Assembly: GCA_965657935.1 (NCBI GenBank)
Contig: CBFHQE010000001.1
Location: 17,853 to 81,852 of the forward strand
Direction: 5' to 3'
Source of the DNA: Maricaulis sp.
GTDB lineage: Bacteria > Pseudomonadota > Alphaproteobacteria > Caulobacterales > Maricaulaceae
Length of the DNA stretch: 64,000 nucleotides
Shown here: piece after piece, positions 17,534 through 26,694 of the stretch
Layout: every line of letters starts with the position of its first letter
Position numbering within the stretch: position 1 is the first letter of the stretch
The notes under the pieces: model-generated
Told to the model about the DNA's origin: nothing
The model's input: only the letters and a program-made list of their open reading frames with translations
The model's database searches: none
Position numbers and translations under genes: made by a program

Positions 17534-20209
17534 TCAGCCGCGCGCGAGATTGCGCAGAACGTAGTGCAGGATGCCGCCATTGCGGAAGTATTCCAGCTCG
17601 TTCTCGGTATCGATGCGGGCCTTGACCGGAGCGGTCTTGGTCGTGCCATCCGGTAAGGTGACTTCCACCGTCATGGACGCACGTGGCTCGAGCTCGGAAA
17701 CGCCCTTGATGTTGACCGTTTCATCGCCCTTCATGCCAAGAGATTCCCAGGATACGCCGTCCTCGAACTGCAGGGGCAGAACGCCCATGCCGATCAGGTT
17801 GGAACGGTGGATACGCTCAAAGCTCTCAGCGATTACGGCCTTGACGCCCAGCAGGCGCGAGCCCTTGGCCGCCCAGTCGCGGGAAGAACCTGTGCCGTAT
17901 TCCTTGCCCCCGAAGACAACCAGCGGCGTGCCGGCCGCCTGGTACTCCATGCAGGCGTCATAGATGTCGACCTGTTTGCCGTCCTTGAGCGTGTAACCAC
18001 CCTCAACGCCGTCCAGCATCTTGTTCTTGATGCGGATATTGGCAAACGTGCCACGCATCATCACTTCGTGATTGCCGCGACGCGAACCGTAGGAGTTGAA
18101 CTCCAGCACCGGAACCTGACGTTCCTGGAGGTAGCGACCGGCCGGGCTGTCGGCCTTGATGGAGCCGGCCGGAGAGATGTGGTCGGTGGTGATGCTGTCA
18201 CCGAACAGGCCCATGATCTTGGCGTCAACGACATCGCCGGGCGCTTCCGGATCCATCGTCATACCCTCGAAGTAGGGCGGGTTCTGTACGTATGTGGAGG
18301 TATGATCCCAGGCATAGGTCAGACCACCGGCAACCTCGATGCCGCCCCAGGCTTCATCACCCTTGAACACGTCCGCATAACGCTCCGCGAACATTTCAGG
18401 CGTGATCGCGGTGCGGACGGCCTCGGCCACCTCGGCAGAAGTCGGCCAGATATCACGCAGATAGACGTCATTGCCGTCCTGGTCCTGACCCAGCGGCTCG
18501 GTGGTCAGGTCCTTGGTCATCGTGCCGGCAATGGCATAGGCCACGACCAGCGGCGGTGAAGCGAGATAATTGGCCCGGACGTCCGGGCTGATCCGGCCTT
18601 CGAAATTGCGGTTACCGGACAGGACCGAGGTCGCGACCAGGTCGTTCTCGTTGATTGCCTTGGAAATGGCCGGCGGCAGCGGGCCGGAATTACCGATGCA
18701 GGTGGTGCACCCATAGCCAACAAGGTTGAAGCCGAGCGCGTCGAGATCATCCTGCAGACCGGCTTTTTCCAGATAGTCGGTGACGACCTGGGAACCTGGC
18801 GCCAGCGAGGTCTTGACCCACGGTTTGCTCGACAGACCCTTGGCCAGGGCATTGCGGGCCAGAAGGCCAGCACCGAGCAGAACCGACGGGTTGGACGTGT
18901 TGGTACAGGAGGTAATCGCGGCAATGGCAACATCGCCATTGGTGAATTCAAAGTCCTCACCGTCAACCGGAGCGGATTTTCCAAGCTCGTCAGCTTTTCC
19001 ATACTCCGTGCCCATCGTCTTGGTGAAGCCTTCAGCAGCTCCGGTCAGGGCGATCCAGTCCTGCGGACGTTTCGGGCCGGATACGGCCGGAACAATAGTG
19101 GCCATGTCCAGGTGCAGCGTATCGGTGAATTCCGGATCCGCTTCATAGTCCGGGCGGAACATGCCCTGGGCCTTGGAATAGGCCTCAACCAGGGCGACAC
19201 GCTTGTCATCACGGCCGGTCGCCTTCAGGAAGGCCAGCGTTTCATTATCCGTGGGGAAGAAGCCACAGGTCGCACCGTATTCCGGCGCCATGTTGGCGAT
19301 GGTCGCCTCATCTTCCAGGGACAGGTTGTCCAGGCCAGCGCCGTAGAATTCCACGAACTTGCCAACCACACCCCGTGCGCGCAGCATCTCAACGATCTTG
19401 AGGACGAGATCGGTCGCCGTGGCGCCTTCAGGCATCTTGCCCTTCAGTTCAAAGCCGATGACTTCCGGGATCAGCATGGAGACCGGCTGGCCCAGCATGG
19501 CCGCCTCGGCCTCGATACCGCCCACACCCCAGCCCAGAACGGCCATGCCGTTAATCATTGTGGTGTGGCTGTCGGTGCCGACGCAGGTGTCAGGGTACGC
19601 GATGGTCTCGCCGTCTTCATCCTTGGTCCAGACCGTCTGGGCCAGGTTCTCCAGGTTGACCTGGTGGATGATACCGGTGCCCGGCGGGACAACGCGGAAA
19701 TTGTCAAACGCCTTGGCGCCCCATTTCAGGAATTTATAGCGCTCACCATTGCGCTGGTATTCACGCTCGACGTTCTTGGCGAAGCTGTCCGCACCACCGA
19801 AATTGTCGACCATGACGGAGTGGTCGATGACGAGGTCAACGGGAACCTGCGGGTTGATGCGTTTCGGATCAGCGCCCAGCTTGGTTGCGGCGTCGCGCAT
19901 GGCGGCCAGATCAACGACTGCGGGAACGCCGGTGAAGTCCTGCATGACGACGCGTGCCGGACGGTAAGCGATCTCATGCGTGGATTTCCGGGTCGCCAGC
20001 CATGCGGCCATGGCCTCGATATCTGCCTTGGTGACGGTCTTGCCGTCTTCAAAACGAAGCAGGTTCTCGAGCAGGACCTTCAGCGAAGCCGGCAGGCGGG
20101 ACACGCCGGTCAAGCCATTCGCTTCAGCAACTTTCAGGTCATAATAGGTGTAGGTTTCACCGGCCGCGGTGAGGGTGCGTTTACAGGAAAAACTGTCCAA
20201 AGAAGCCAT
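17534..20209 (-). CDS. acnA: aconitate hydratase A
   Basis: 891 aa with AcnA/IRP-type sequence throughout (…[10 protein letters not shown]…, [20 protein letters not shown], …SGNRNFEGR…). Confidence 0.97.
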   Translation of the reverse strand: MASLDSFSCKRTLTAAGETYTYYDLKVAEANGLTGVSRLPASLKVLLENLLRFEDGKTVTKADIEAMAAWLATRKSTHEIAYRPARVVMQDFTGVPAVVDLAAMRDAATKLGADPKRINPQVPVDLVIDHSVMVDNFGGADSFAKNVEREYQRNGERYKFLKWGAKAFDNFRVVPPGTGIIHQVNLENLAQTVWTKDEDGETIAYPDTCVGTDSHTTMINGMAVLGWGVGGIEAEAAMLGQPVSMLIPEVIGFELKGKMPEGATATDLVLKIVEMLRARGVVGKFVEFYGAGLDNLSLEDEATIANMAPEYGATCGFFPTDNETLAFLKATGRDDKRVALVEAYSKAQGMFRPDYEADPEFTDTLHLDMATIVPAVSGPKRPQDWIALTGAAEGFTKTMGTEYGKADELGKSAPVDGEDFEFTNGDVAIAAITSCTNTSNPSVLLGAGLLARNALAKGLSSKPWVKTSLAPGSQVVTDYLEKAGLQDDLDALGFNLVGYGCTTCIGNSGPLPPAISKAINENDLVATSVLSGNRNFEGRISPDVRANYLASPPLVVAYAIAGTMTKDLTTEPLGQDQDGNDVYLRDIWPTSAEVAEAVRTAITPEMFAERYADVFKGDEAWGGIEVAGGLTYAWDHTSTYVQNPPYFEGMTMDPEAPGDVVDAKIMGLFGDSITTDHISPAGSIKADSPAGRYLQERQVPVLEFNSYGSRRGNHEVMMRGTFANIRIKNKMLDGVEGGYTLKDGKQVDIYDACMEYQAAGTPLVVFGGKEYGTGSSRDWAAKGSRLLGVKAVIAESFERIHRSNLIGMGVLPLQFEDGVSWESLGMKGDETVNIKGVSELEPRASMTVEVTLPDGTTKTAPVKARIDTENELEYFRNGGILHYVLRNLARG

Positions 20210-20426
20210 TTCTGTTCCTCATATCCAAATCAAGCCAGACCACGGGCGTGGTTGGCGACTATCTGATTGGGCGGCGCCATCGCTGCTTTCGCAGCGGCCA
20301 GTTAAGACGGGCGCATCCGCCAGAAAGACGGATCCGGTCGTGACCGATTGCGCGCGTTTTAGCCGCACTGTGCTTTCGCTGCAATGCACACACTGCGCGT
20401 TGACCTTCACTATCAAGTTGGGCGAC

Positions 20427-21080
20427 ATGCCATGGATGACGAATGAAATCGCCTCATTGCCGGATCTGTCTGATCTAGAAGCCCATTCTCTGAGCGTTAA
20501 CGGGCTGGCCCTGAAACGCGGCGACTTTGTGCTGCGCGAGGATATTTCATTCACGCTCAATTCTGGTGCCGCGCTTTTGCTGACGGGTCGCAATGGATCA
20601 GGAAAAACGACGCTGTTACGTACGCTGGCCGGTTTCCTGGCGCCTGCTGAGGGCGATGTCCGCCTGGACGAAGAAGGCGACCCAGGCGAGCTGATTGCCT
20701 GGCTCGGCCATGCTGACGGGCTCAAAACCAATGAAACCATTCGGAAATCCCTGCGCTTCTGGGCCGGGATGGCGGGGCAGCCGAACACAATCATCATGCC
20801 GGTGCTCAAGGCGTTGGATATCGGACATCTGATCGATCGCCCGCCGGCACGCCTTTCCCGTGGTCAACAGAGGCGGGGTGCGATGGCGCGCCTGGCCGTG
20901 ATGAACCGGCCTTTCTGGCTGCTGGACGAACCGGCAGGACCGCTGGACCGAGCCGGTCGGGTACGGCTGGGGGAGCTGGTCGCCTGGCATCGCAGCCGGG
21001 GTGGTATCGTCATCGCTGCAACCCACCAGGACCTCGACTGGCCGGGCGCTCAGCGTCTGGAATTGGGCGGCGGCTTATGA
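20427..21080 (+). CDS. ccmA: heme exporter ATP-binding protein CcmA
   Basis: Walker A GRNGSGKTTLLR, ABC signature LSRGQQRR, Walker B WLLDEP. It lies divergent from acnA. The start is uncertain (ATG 20427 or 20436). The track start at 20169 overlaps the acnA start. Confidence 0.88.
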   Translation: MPWMTNEIASLPDLSDLEAHSLSVNGLALKRGDFVLREDISFTLNSGAALLLTGRNGSGKTTLLRTLAGFLAPAEGDVRLDEEGDPGELIAWLGHADGLKTNETIRKSLRFWAGMAGQPNTIIMPVLKALDIGHLIDRPPARLSRGQQRRGAMARLAVMNRPFWLLDEPAGPLDRAGRVRLGELVAWHRSRGGIVIAATHQDLDWPGAQRLELGGGL

Positions 21081-21748
21081 ACGGTTTCTGGTGGATACTA
21101 CGCCGCGAGGCCGGTCTGGCCTGGGCGGGTGGCGGCGGCGCAGCGGGCCCCACCGCCTTTTTCCTGGCCTGTATCACGCTCGGCCCGCTGGCGATCGGGA
21201 CGGAAAGCGACACCCTGGTCGCCGTTGGCCCCGGCATTATGGGCATTTCGGCGCTGCTGGCGGTGCTTCAATTCGGCGAGCGCAGCTTTGCCGATGATTT
21301 CTTCGACGGCACTCTGGAGCTTTACGCCCTCTCCAGCGTAAGCCTGCCGATCCTCTCCTTTGCCAAGGTGATGGGGCAGGCCCTCGCTACCCTTTGGGCC
21401 CTACCCTTGATCGGGGCGCTGGGCGGCATGATGTACGGGCTGGGCGCACAAGAAGCCCTTGTCGTTTTCTGTGGTCTGCTGGCGGCAATCCCGGCCCTCG
21501 CCCTGGTCGCCGGTTTTGCCAGCGCACTTTCGGCTGGCGTGCGCCGGGGGGGACTACTGATCTCCCTCATCGCCATGCCGATGATGATTCCGGTTCTTGT
21601 CTTCGCGGCTGGCGCGGGCCGTGCGGCTCTGGATGGCGATTATGATCGTGCCTGGGCGACGGTATTGCTGACGCTGGCTGTGTCTCTGGGTACATCAGCC
21701 CTGATGCCCTTTGGTATCGCCGCGGCCATGAGATCTCGACTGGGTTGA
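21077..21748 (+). CDS. ccmB: heme exporter permease CcmB
   Basis: ATGA overlap with the ccmA stop. The 223-aa six-TM protein has a CcmB-like sequence (…FADDFFDGTLELY…). Confidence 0.9.
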   Translation: MNGFWWILRREAGLAWAGGGGAAGPTAFFLACITLGPLAIGTESDTLVAVGPGIMGISALLAVLQFGERSFADDFFDGTLELYALSSVSLPILSFAKVMGQALATLWALPLIGALGGMMYGLGAQEALVVFCGLLAAIPALALVAGFASALSAGVRRGGLLISLIAMPMMIPVLVFAAGAGRAALDGDYDRAWATVLLTLAVSLGTSALMPFGIAAAMRSRLG

Positions 21749-21843
21749 TCCGGATCACTTTCTCGACTGCATTTTCATATCGCCCTCTTGAACTGTGCAG
21801 ACCGCACCCCACATTCCCTATCACTTGATAGGTAGGTTTAGTC

Positions 21844-22500
21844 ATGCAGTTACATTCCAACTTCAATGAACGTATTGTCCTGCGATCGGAGGACCGTGAG
21901 TGGGTGGCCTCTCCCGCCTCGGGTGTTGAGCGTCAGATGCTCGACCGGATCGGTGATGAAGTCGCGCGCGCCACGACCCTTGTGCGCTTTGCCCCGAATT
22001 CCAGTTTTGACTCGCACGGGCACGCGTTGGGTGAGGAATATCTTGTCCTCGACGGCGTGTTCTCGGATGAGAGCGGCGATTATTCCGCTGGACACTACGT
22101 CCGCAATCCACCGGGCTCGTCTCATACGCCTTTCACCAAGGAAGGGGCGACGATTTTTGTCAAACTGCGCCAGTTCGATCCGATGGATCTGGTCCACAAG
22201 ACGATCGACACGCGCAAGGCCGACTTCTCGCCCGGCCTGGTCGAGGGCCTGTCCGTCCTGCCCCTGCACAATGCCGGCACGGAAGGGGTCGCCCTGGTGA
22301 AGTGGGAGCCCGGTACGCGTTTCAACCGTCACCGCCATTGGGGTGGCGAGGAGATCCTGGTGCTGGACGGCACGTTCCAGGACGAGCTGGGCGATTATCC
22401 CAAGGGCACCTGGCTGCGAAACCCGCACCTGTCCGAACACACGCCCTTCAGTGAAGACGGCTGTCTGATCTATGTGAAGACCGGACACTTGCCGGCCTGA
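21844..22500 (+). CDS. bicupin protein (ChrR-like cupin domains, no anti-sigma N-domain)
   Basis: Two repeats of the cupin pattern (HGHALGEEYLVLDGVFSDESGDYSAGHYVRNPPGSSHTP and HRHWGGEEILVLDGTFQDELGDYPKGTWLRNPHLSEHTP). Confidence 0.75.
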   Translation: MQLHSNFNERIVLRSEDREWVASPASGVERQMLDRIGDEVARATTLVRFAPNSSFDSHGHALGEEYLVLDGVFSDESGDYSAGHYVRNPPGSSHTPFTKEGATIFVKLRQFDPMDLVHKTIDTRKADFSPGLVEGLSVLPLHNAGTEGVALVKWEPGTRFNRHRHWGGEEILVLDGTFQDELGDYPKGTWLRNPHLSEHTPFSEDGCLIYVKTGHLPA

Positions 22501-22504
22501 CGGA

Positions 22505-23302
22505 TCAGCCTTCGTAAAGCGGGTCAAAGCCGGCGGCCTGGCGCAGCTGAACCGGCGTCCGACCCGCCAGTCTTCGGAAATCGCGGGTCATGTGGGCCTG
22601 GTCGGCATAGCCGGCGTCGATCGCTACTCCCGCCAGATCTGTCGCACCCTGTTTGATTGCGGTGCGGGCGCGCTGAAACCGCCGAAGACGCAAATACTCG
22701 CCCGGGGTCAGCCCGGCACAGCGACGATAATAGCGCCCCAGCGTCCGCTGGGTCTTGCCGGACCAATGAACCAGGTCCGCGATTTCAGCACCGGGATGCG
22801 CGACAAGCTCTTTGGCGAGCTGCTCCAGCAGGGCCTGCTCCCTAGGTGGCGTGGCGGCGGTGGCCAAACCGTCGCGCGCCGCTTTGCCAAAAGCCTGAAA
22901 ACCGGCCTCCGCAGACCTGCAAAGCAGTCCTGCGACCTCCCTCCCAATCACCATGTCCAGTGGCTGGGCCCGGTTGCGCAGGGCAAATGGATCCGGACAG
23001 AAAGCCCCGATCGCCCAGGACCGGAAACGCAAGCCCATCATATCCAAAGCGCCTTGTGGTCTGAGCTCCAGCACCCGCGTCAGTGGTCCGTAGATCAGCG
23101 CGCCTTGCTGTTCAGCTTCGCCATCGGCGCGCAATTCCAGCGGCGGTCGTCCGAGATGCACTATCAGCTCGCAACACCCGTCCGGGGCTATCTCTTGGAC
23201 CTGCTCACCGGGTGGCAGGCTGAGACACCAGGCCCCCTCAAACAGGGATGTCTCTGGAAAGGCTTCGAACTGGTATAGCGGTGGCGTGTCCATATTGTTC
23301 AA
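22505..23302 (-). CDS. AraC family transcriptional regulator
   Basis: C-terminal double HTH (…YYRRCAGLTPGEYLRLRRFQRA…GYADQAHMTRDFRRLAGRTP). Confidence 0.85.
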   Translation of the reverse strand: MNNMDTPPLYQFEAFPETSLFEGAWCLSLPPGEQVQEIAPDGCCELIVHLGRPPLELRADGEAEQQGALIYGPLTRVLELRPQGALDMMGLRFRSWAIGAFCPDPFALRNRAQPLDMVIGREVAGLLCRSAEAGFQAFGKAARDGLATAATPPREQALLEQLAKELVAHPGAEIADLVHWSGKTQRTLGRYYRRCAGLTPGEYLRLRRFQRARTAIKQGATDLAGVAIDAGYADQAHMTRDFRRLAGRTPVQLRQAAGFDPLYEG

Positions 23303-23367
23303 GATCCGGCGCGTCGATCGACCTAGCCTGCCACGCAGATCGTTTCAGTCCAACACAAGGCATCCGC

Positions 23368-23795
23368 ATGTTGCTCTCCACTCTCGCTCTTTCCCTGTCG
23401 CTCACGCAAGCCGGCGAAACGCCGGACTTTTCCTGGCTGGAAGGACACTGGTTCGCGAACACGACGGACGTGTCAGCGAAGAAATCTGGGGCGATATGCG
23501 CGGCGGGCTGATGCTGGCGACCAATCGCTCATTGCGGGACGGCCAGGCCCGCGGGTTCGAATTCATCCGCATCCAGTCCTTCACGCATACTCATTACTGC
23601 GCCCAACCCGGCGGCAGTGAAGCGGTCTGTTTCGAACTCGCGGAACAGGGCGAGCAGAGCGCGACTTTTGAAAATGCCCAGCACGACTTCCCCCAGCGCA
23701 TCAGCTATGCCCGCGAGGCCGACACGCTGACGGCGACCCTTTCGGATATCGAAGGCAACAACCCGATCAGCTGGAGCTGGCAGCTTCAGGAGTAG
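23368..23795 (+). pseudogene. DUF6265-like secreted protein, reading frame broken by a single-nt shift near 23449-23455
   Basis: One frame encodes the signal peptide plus conserved start (MLLSTLALSLSLTQAGETPDFSWLEGHW, from ATG 23368) and stops at 23511. The remainder (VREHDGRVSEEIWGDMRGGLMLATNRS...FENAQHDFPQRISY...) continues in the -1 frame to 23795. Confidence 0.55.
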
Positions 23796-23851
23796 GGGCG
23801 TGCGACACTCGGACAGTTGCCCCCATGCCTTGCGCGCAGTAAGTGCAGGAC

Positions 23852-24583
23852 ATGCTGTCCTACTTTTCCAATCCCCAGCGATTTGACGCCCTGGCGAAAT
23901 GGGCCATCCCCGTCTGCGCCATCGGCGCGGCGATACTGTTCGCCGGCGGCATGTATTACGCCTTTTTTGCTTCGCCGCCGGACTATCAGCAAGGCGATAC
24001 GATCCGCATCATGTATGTGCACGTGCCTGCCGCGTATATGGCCTCGGCACTCTATGCCGGGATGGCAGGCGCGAGCTTTGTCTTTTTCGTGTGGCGACAC
24101 TCGCTGGCCGATGCGGCCGCGGAAGTGATGGCGCCCATTGGTGCAGTCTTCACCCTGCTGGCTCTGATTACCGGAGCGGTCTGGGGCAAGCCCATGTGGG
24201 GCACCTGGTGGGACTGGGATGCGCGGATGACCTCAGTCCTGGTCATGTTTCTGGTCTATCTCGGATACATTGCCTTGCGTGCCGCCATTGAGGATCGCGC
24301 CCTGGCCGCGCGCATGTCGGCCATCCTGGCCATGGCCGGCGTGATCAATCTGGTCATTGTGAAATTCTCGGTCGAATGGTGGTCCAGCCTGCATCAGCCC
24401 GCCTCGATCATCCGCGCCGATGGCCCGACCATTGATGGCAGCCAGCTGGTCCCGCTCTTCCTGATGATGGGCGCCTATACGCTTCTGGCAGCCTGGCTGG
24501 TCTTCTACCGTCTGCGCTCTCGCACGCGCCTGCAGCGCATCCGGTCCATCGTCAGTCGCCGCGAGCGGGAGGAGGACGCATGA
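23852..24583 (+). CDS. ccmC: heme exporter protein CcmC
   Basis: Contains the WGxxWxWD heme-handling motif (WGKPMWGTWWDWDARMT) and conserved His residues. An alternative GTG start lies at 23843. Confidence 0.92.
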   Translation: MLSYFSNPQRFDALAKWAIPVCAIGAAILFAGGMYYAFFASPPDYQQGDTIRIMYVHVPAAYMASALYAGMAGASFVFFVWRHSLADAAAEVMAPIGAVFTLLALITGAVWGKPMWGTWWDWDARMTSVLVMFLVYLGYIALRAAIEDRALAARMSAILAMAGVINLVIVKFSVEWWSSLHQPASIIRADGPTIDGSQLVPLFLMMGAYTLLAAWLVFYRLRSRTRLQRIRSIVSRREREEDA

Positions 24584-24744
24584 GTGAGTTTTTCGCCATG
24601 GGCGGGTATGCTGCCTACATCTGGAGCGCCTGGGGGGCGTCTGCCCTTGCCATTATCGCGCTGATCGTCTTCGCTCTTCTGGAACGCGCCCGGGCCGATG
24701 CCCGCTTGCGCGAACTGGAGGAGGATGAGGGGTCATGCGACTAA
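24580..24744 (+). CDS. ccmD: heme exporter protein CcmD (54 aa)
   Basis: Not in the ORF track (under 60 aa). ATG 24580 overlaps the ccmC stop (ATGA). MSEFFAMGGYAAYIWSAWGASALAIIALIVFALLER is the typical CcmD single-TM sequence. The stop at 24742-24744 overlaps the next gene's start by 10 nt. Confidence 0.8.
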   Translation: MSEFFAMGGYAAYIWSAWGASALAIIALIVFALLERARADARLRELEEDEGSCD

Positions 24745-25247
24745 TCCAGATTATAGCAGCGGCTGTGCTCGTTGCGTTGGCCGGCGCTGTAGGCTGGCAT
24801 CAATACCAGTTGGCCAATCCAAGAACGGACCCTTTGCCAGCGTTCGAGGCTGCTTTTGTTGACGGGGCAACCGGTTTCGACCCCGCTGAGCTGAACAGGG
24901 CCTCGCTTCTCAACGTTTTTGCTTCTGATTGCATAGACTGTCGCAGCGAGATGCCCCTTCTGCTGGCCCTGCAGGCGGAAGGCGTGACCATCTATGGCGT
25001 TTCCACCGACGCTTCGGTCGATCAAACTCTCAGCTTTCTCGCCGACACCGGCAATCCCTATGCCGGACTGATGCAGGCAGAGCGCGGCACCATCACCGAA
25101 GCCTTTGGCGAAGTGTCGCTGCCCTATACGCTGATCCTGTCCAATGAGGGGGAGATCCTGGCCTATATCGAGGGCCCGGTGACGGTGAACATCCTGCGCA
25201 ACCAGATCTATCCGATACTGGACCGTCAGGCGCGTCTGGCGCGTTAG
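24735..25247 (+). CDS. ccmG: CcmG/DsbE-like membrane-anchored thiol:disulfide oxidoreductase with atypical CIDC site
   Basis: It occupies the position after ccmD. It has an N-terminal TM anchor and a thioredoxin-like layout (LLNVFASDCIDCRSE...IYGVSTD...VSLPYTLIL). The active site lacks the usual Trp and Pro. Confidence 0.7.
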   Translation: MRLIQIIAAAVLVALAGAVGWHQYQLANPRTDPLPAFEAAFVDGATGFDPAELNRASLLNVFASDCIDCRSEMPLLLALQAEGVTIYGVSTDASVDQTLSFLADTGNPYAGLMQAERGTITEAFGEVSLPYTLILSNEGEILAYIEGPVTVNILRNQIYPILDRQARLAR

Positions 25248-25251
25248 CGGC

Positions 25252-25851
25252 TTATCCCTCGGCCACTTCCTGTTTGCGGGCCTTCTTTTCGGCCTTCCTG
25301 ACCTTTTTGGCCTTGGCCTTTGCCTTTTCCTTGGCCTTCTTCTTCGCCTTCTTCTTTTTCTCTTTTTCCTTCTTGCGAAGCTTTTCGGCCTCTTCCTCGC
25401 CCTTTTCCAGCGTCAGGGCGATACGGCGCAGGGTTTCCAGGAAACTCGCACGCTTGTTCTTGGGCAAAGCCGTCAGGATGGCTGCATCGGCCTCCATCGC
25501 TCCCAGCGTTGCCGCTTCAAGCAGGGTCCGGCCGTCCATAGAAAGATGGATTGCATTGGCGCGTGCATCGCCGGCCAATTTCTCGCGCTCGAGCAAACCA
25601 TTGCGCACCATGCGCGCAACCAATTCCGCCAGGGTTGAACGATCAATGCCGGTAGCTTTGACCAGCTCGGTCTGTGTCAGACCTTCGCGCTCGGCCGTTG
25701 CATGCAGCACGGCGAACTGACGCTGGGTCAGCTTGGCGCCCGCCATGGCCTTGGCAAAACGTTCTGCGGCGAACTGCTGGGCACGGTGAAGCAGATGCCC
25801 CGGCGATTGCGCCAGGTTGAAGTCTGCTGGATCAGGCTGAGAACTCGACAT
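25252..25851 (-). CDS. MarR family transcriptional regulator with Lys/Ala-rich C-terminal tail
   Basis: A winged-helix MarR core (LTQRQFAVLHATAEREGLTQTELVKATGIDRSTLAELVARMVRNGLLERE) is followed by KLRKKEKEKKKKAKKKAKEKAKAKAKKVRKAEKKARK. ATG 25851 is preferred over the track GTG at 25863. Confidence 0.85.
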   Translation of the reverse strand: MSSSQPDPADFNLAQSPGHLLHRAQQFAAERFAKAMAGAKLTQRQFAVLHATAEREGLTQTELVKATGIDRSTLAELVARMVRNGLLEREKLAGDARANAIHLSMDGRTLLEAATLGAMEADAAILTALPKNKRASFLETLRRIALTLEKGEEEAEKLRKKEKEKKKKAKKKAKEKAKAKAKKVRKAEKKARKQEVAEG

Positions 25852-25934
25852 ATCCCACTCCACTCCGTCCCTTCGGGCTTATAGAGCGGGAATATAACGC
25901 GAAAATGACAATTGTCCGAATACGGATTGTCGCG

Positions 25935-26594
25935 CTAGCTGTCTTTCTCCTCGCCCTCTTCCTCGGCACCAAAGGCCTGGTATTTCGAAAGCAACGGCAT
26001 CTGCGCCAGCATGAAACCCATGCCCAGGAAGAGAATCGCCAGCTTGGAATTGGCCCAGAAGGACTCGGTAATTGCGAATTCGGCAAACCAGCGCGCGCTT
26101 TCAGGAACCGTGCCGTCAGAAATGTGACGCCACAAAAACTCATTGAGGAGCGCCAGGAACTGGAACCAGATTGCCCAACGAATAGCGAACGTTGTCCACG
26201 CTTCGTCGGGCAGTTTGAACAAGTGTTCGAAGAAGATTTTCCAGACGTTCATCTGGAACGCCATCGACACCAGGATCAGCCAGGAAAAGAACAAGTTGAT
26301 GATGGTGGGCTTCACATAAATGAAGATCGGGTCCTGCAACCAGATCCCCATGGCGCCAAAACCCAGGACGATAACGGTCGTCATCACCAGCATGGGCGGC
26401 ACACGTTTTTCCAGTCGCACGGCCAGAATCATGGCGATCGTCGCGGCGATCATGTATGCGCCCGTTCCGATATAGATCGCCTGATCGGCAAACCACACGC
26501 GTGACAGATTGTAGACGACGATCCAAATGCCGATCGGGCCGGCATCAATGAGCAGGCGAGAATTGGACGGCGTGTTGGCGGTTTTTTCGGTCAC
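25935..26594 (-). CDS. yciB: intracellular septation protein A (YciB/IspZ family)
   Basis: Five-TM protein with YciB-like sequence (…FIYVKPTIINLFFS…WTTFAIRWAIWFQFLALLNE…). The GTG 26594 start has a GGAG RBS. Confidence 0.8.
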   Translation of the reverse strand: MTEKTANTPSNSRLLIDAGPIGIWIVVYNLSRVWFADQAIYIGTGAYMIAATIAMILAVRLEKRVPPMLVMTTVIVLGFGAMGIWLQDPIFIYVKPTIINLFFSWLILVSMAFQMNVWKIFFEHLFKLPDEAWTTFAIRWAIWFQFLALLNEFLWRHISDGTVPESARWFAEFAITESFWANSKLAILFLGMGFMLAQMPLLSKYQAFGAEEEGEEKDS

Positions 26595-26650
26595 AGGCAG
26601 AACTCCGGCTGGGCACACTCAAGCGATATGGCTGCACCCGGGACAAGATC

Positions 26651-26688
26651 AAGCAGAAAGAACGGCGGGGCCCAAACGGGCCCCGCCG
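26651..26688 (-). terminator. rho-independent terminator of the amidohydrolase gene
   Basis: CGGCGGGGCCC / GGGCCCCGCCG stem with a 4-nt loop, followed on the minus strand by a T-rich tract (TTCTTTCTGCTT). Confidence 0.65.
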
Positions 26689-26694
26689 GATTGA

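Noticed and set aside
19112-20266. 384-aa ORF antisense to acnA
   Set aside because: It is the shadow of aconitase, with the same compositional signature.
20210-20426. Possible iron-responsive (Irr/Fur-type) operator in the acnA-ccmA divergent promoter region
   Set aside because: I could not find a convincing inverted repeat resembling the known boxes. Only short 6-bp hairpins are present.
25270-25400. Low-complexity CTT/GCC-rich DNA that looks like a tandem or simple-sequence repeat
   Set aside because: It is the coding sequence of the Lys/Ala-rich tail of the MarR protein, in frame and uninterrupted. It has no spacer-repeat organisation, so it is not a CRISPR or an intergenic repeat.
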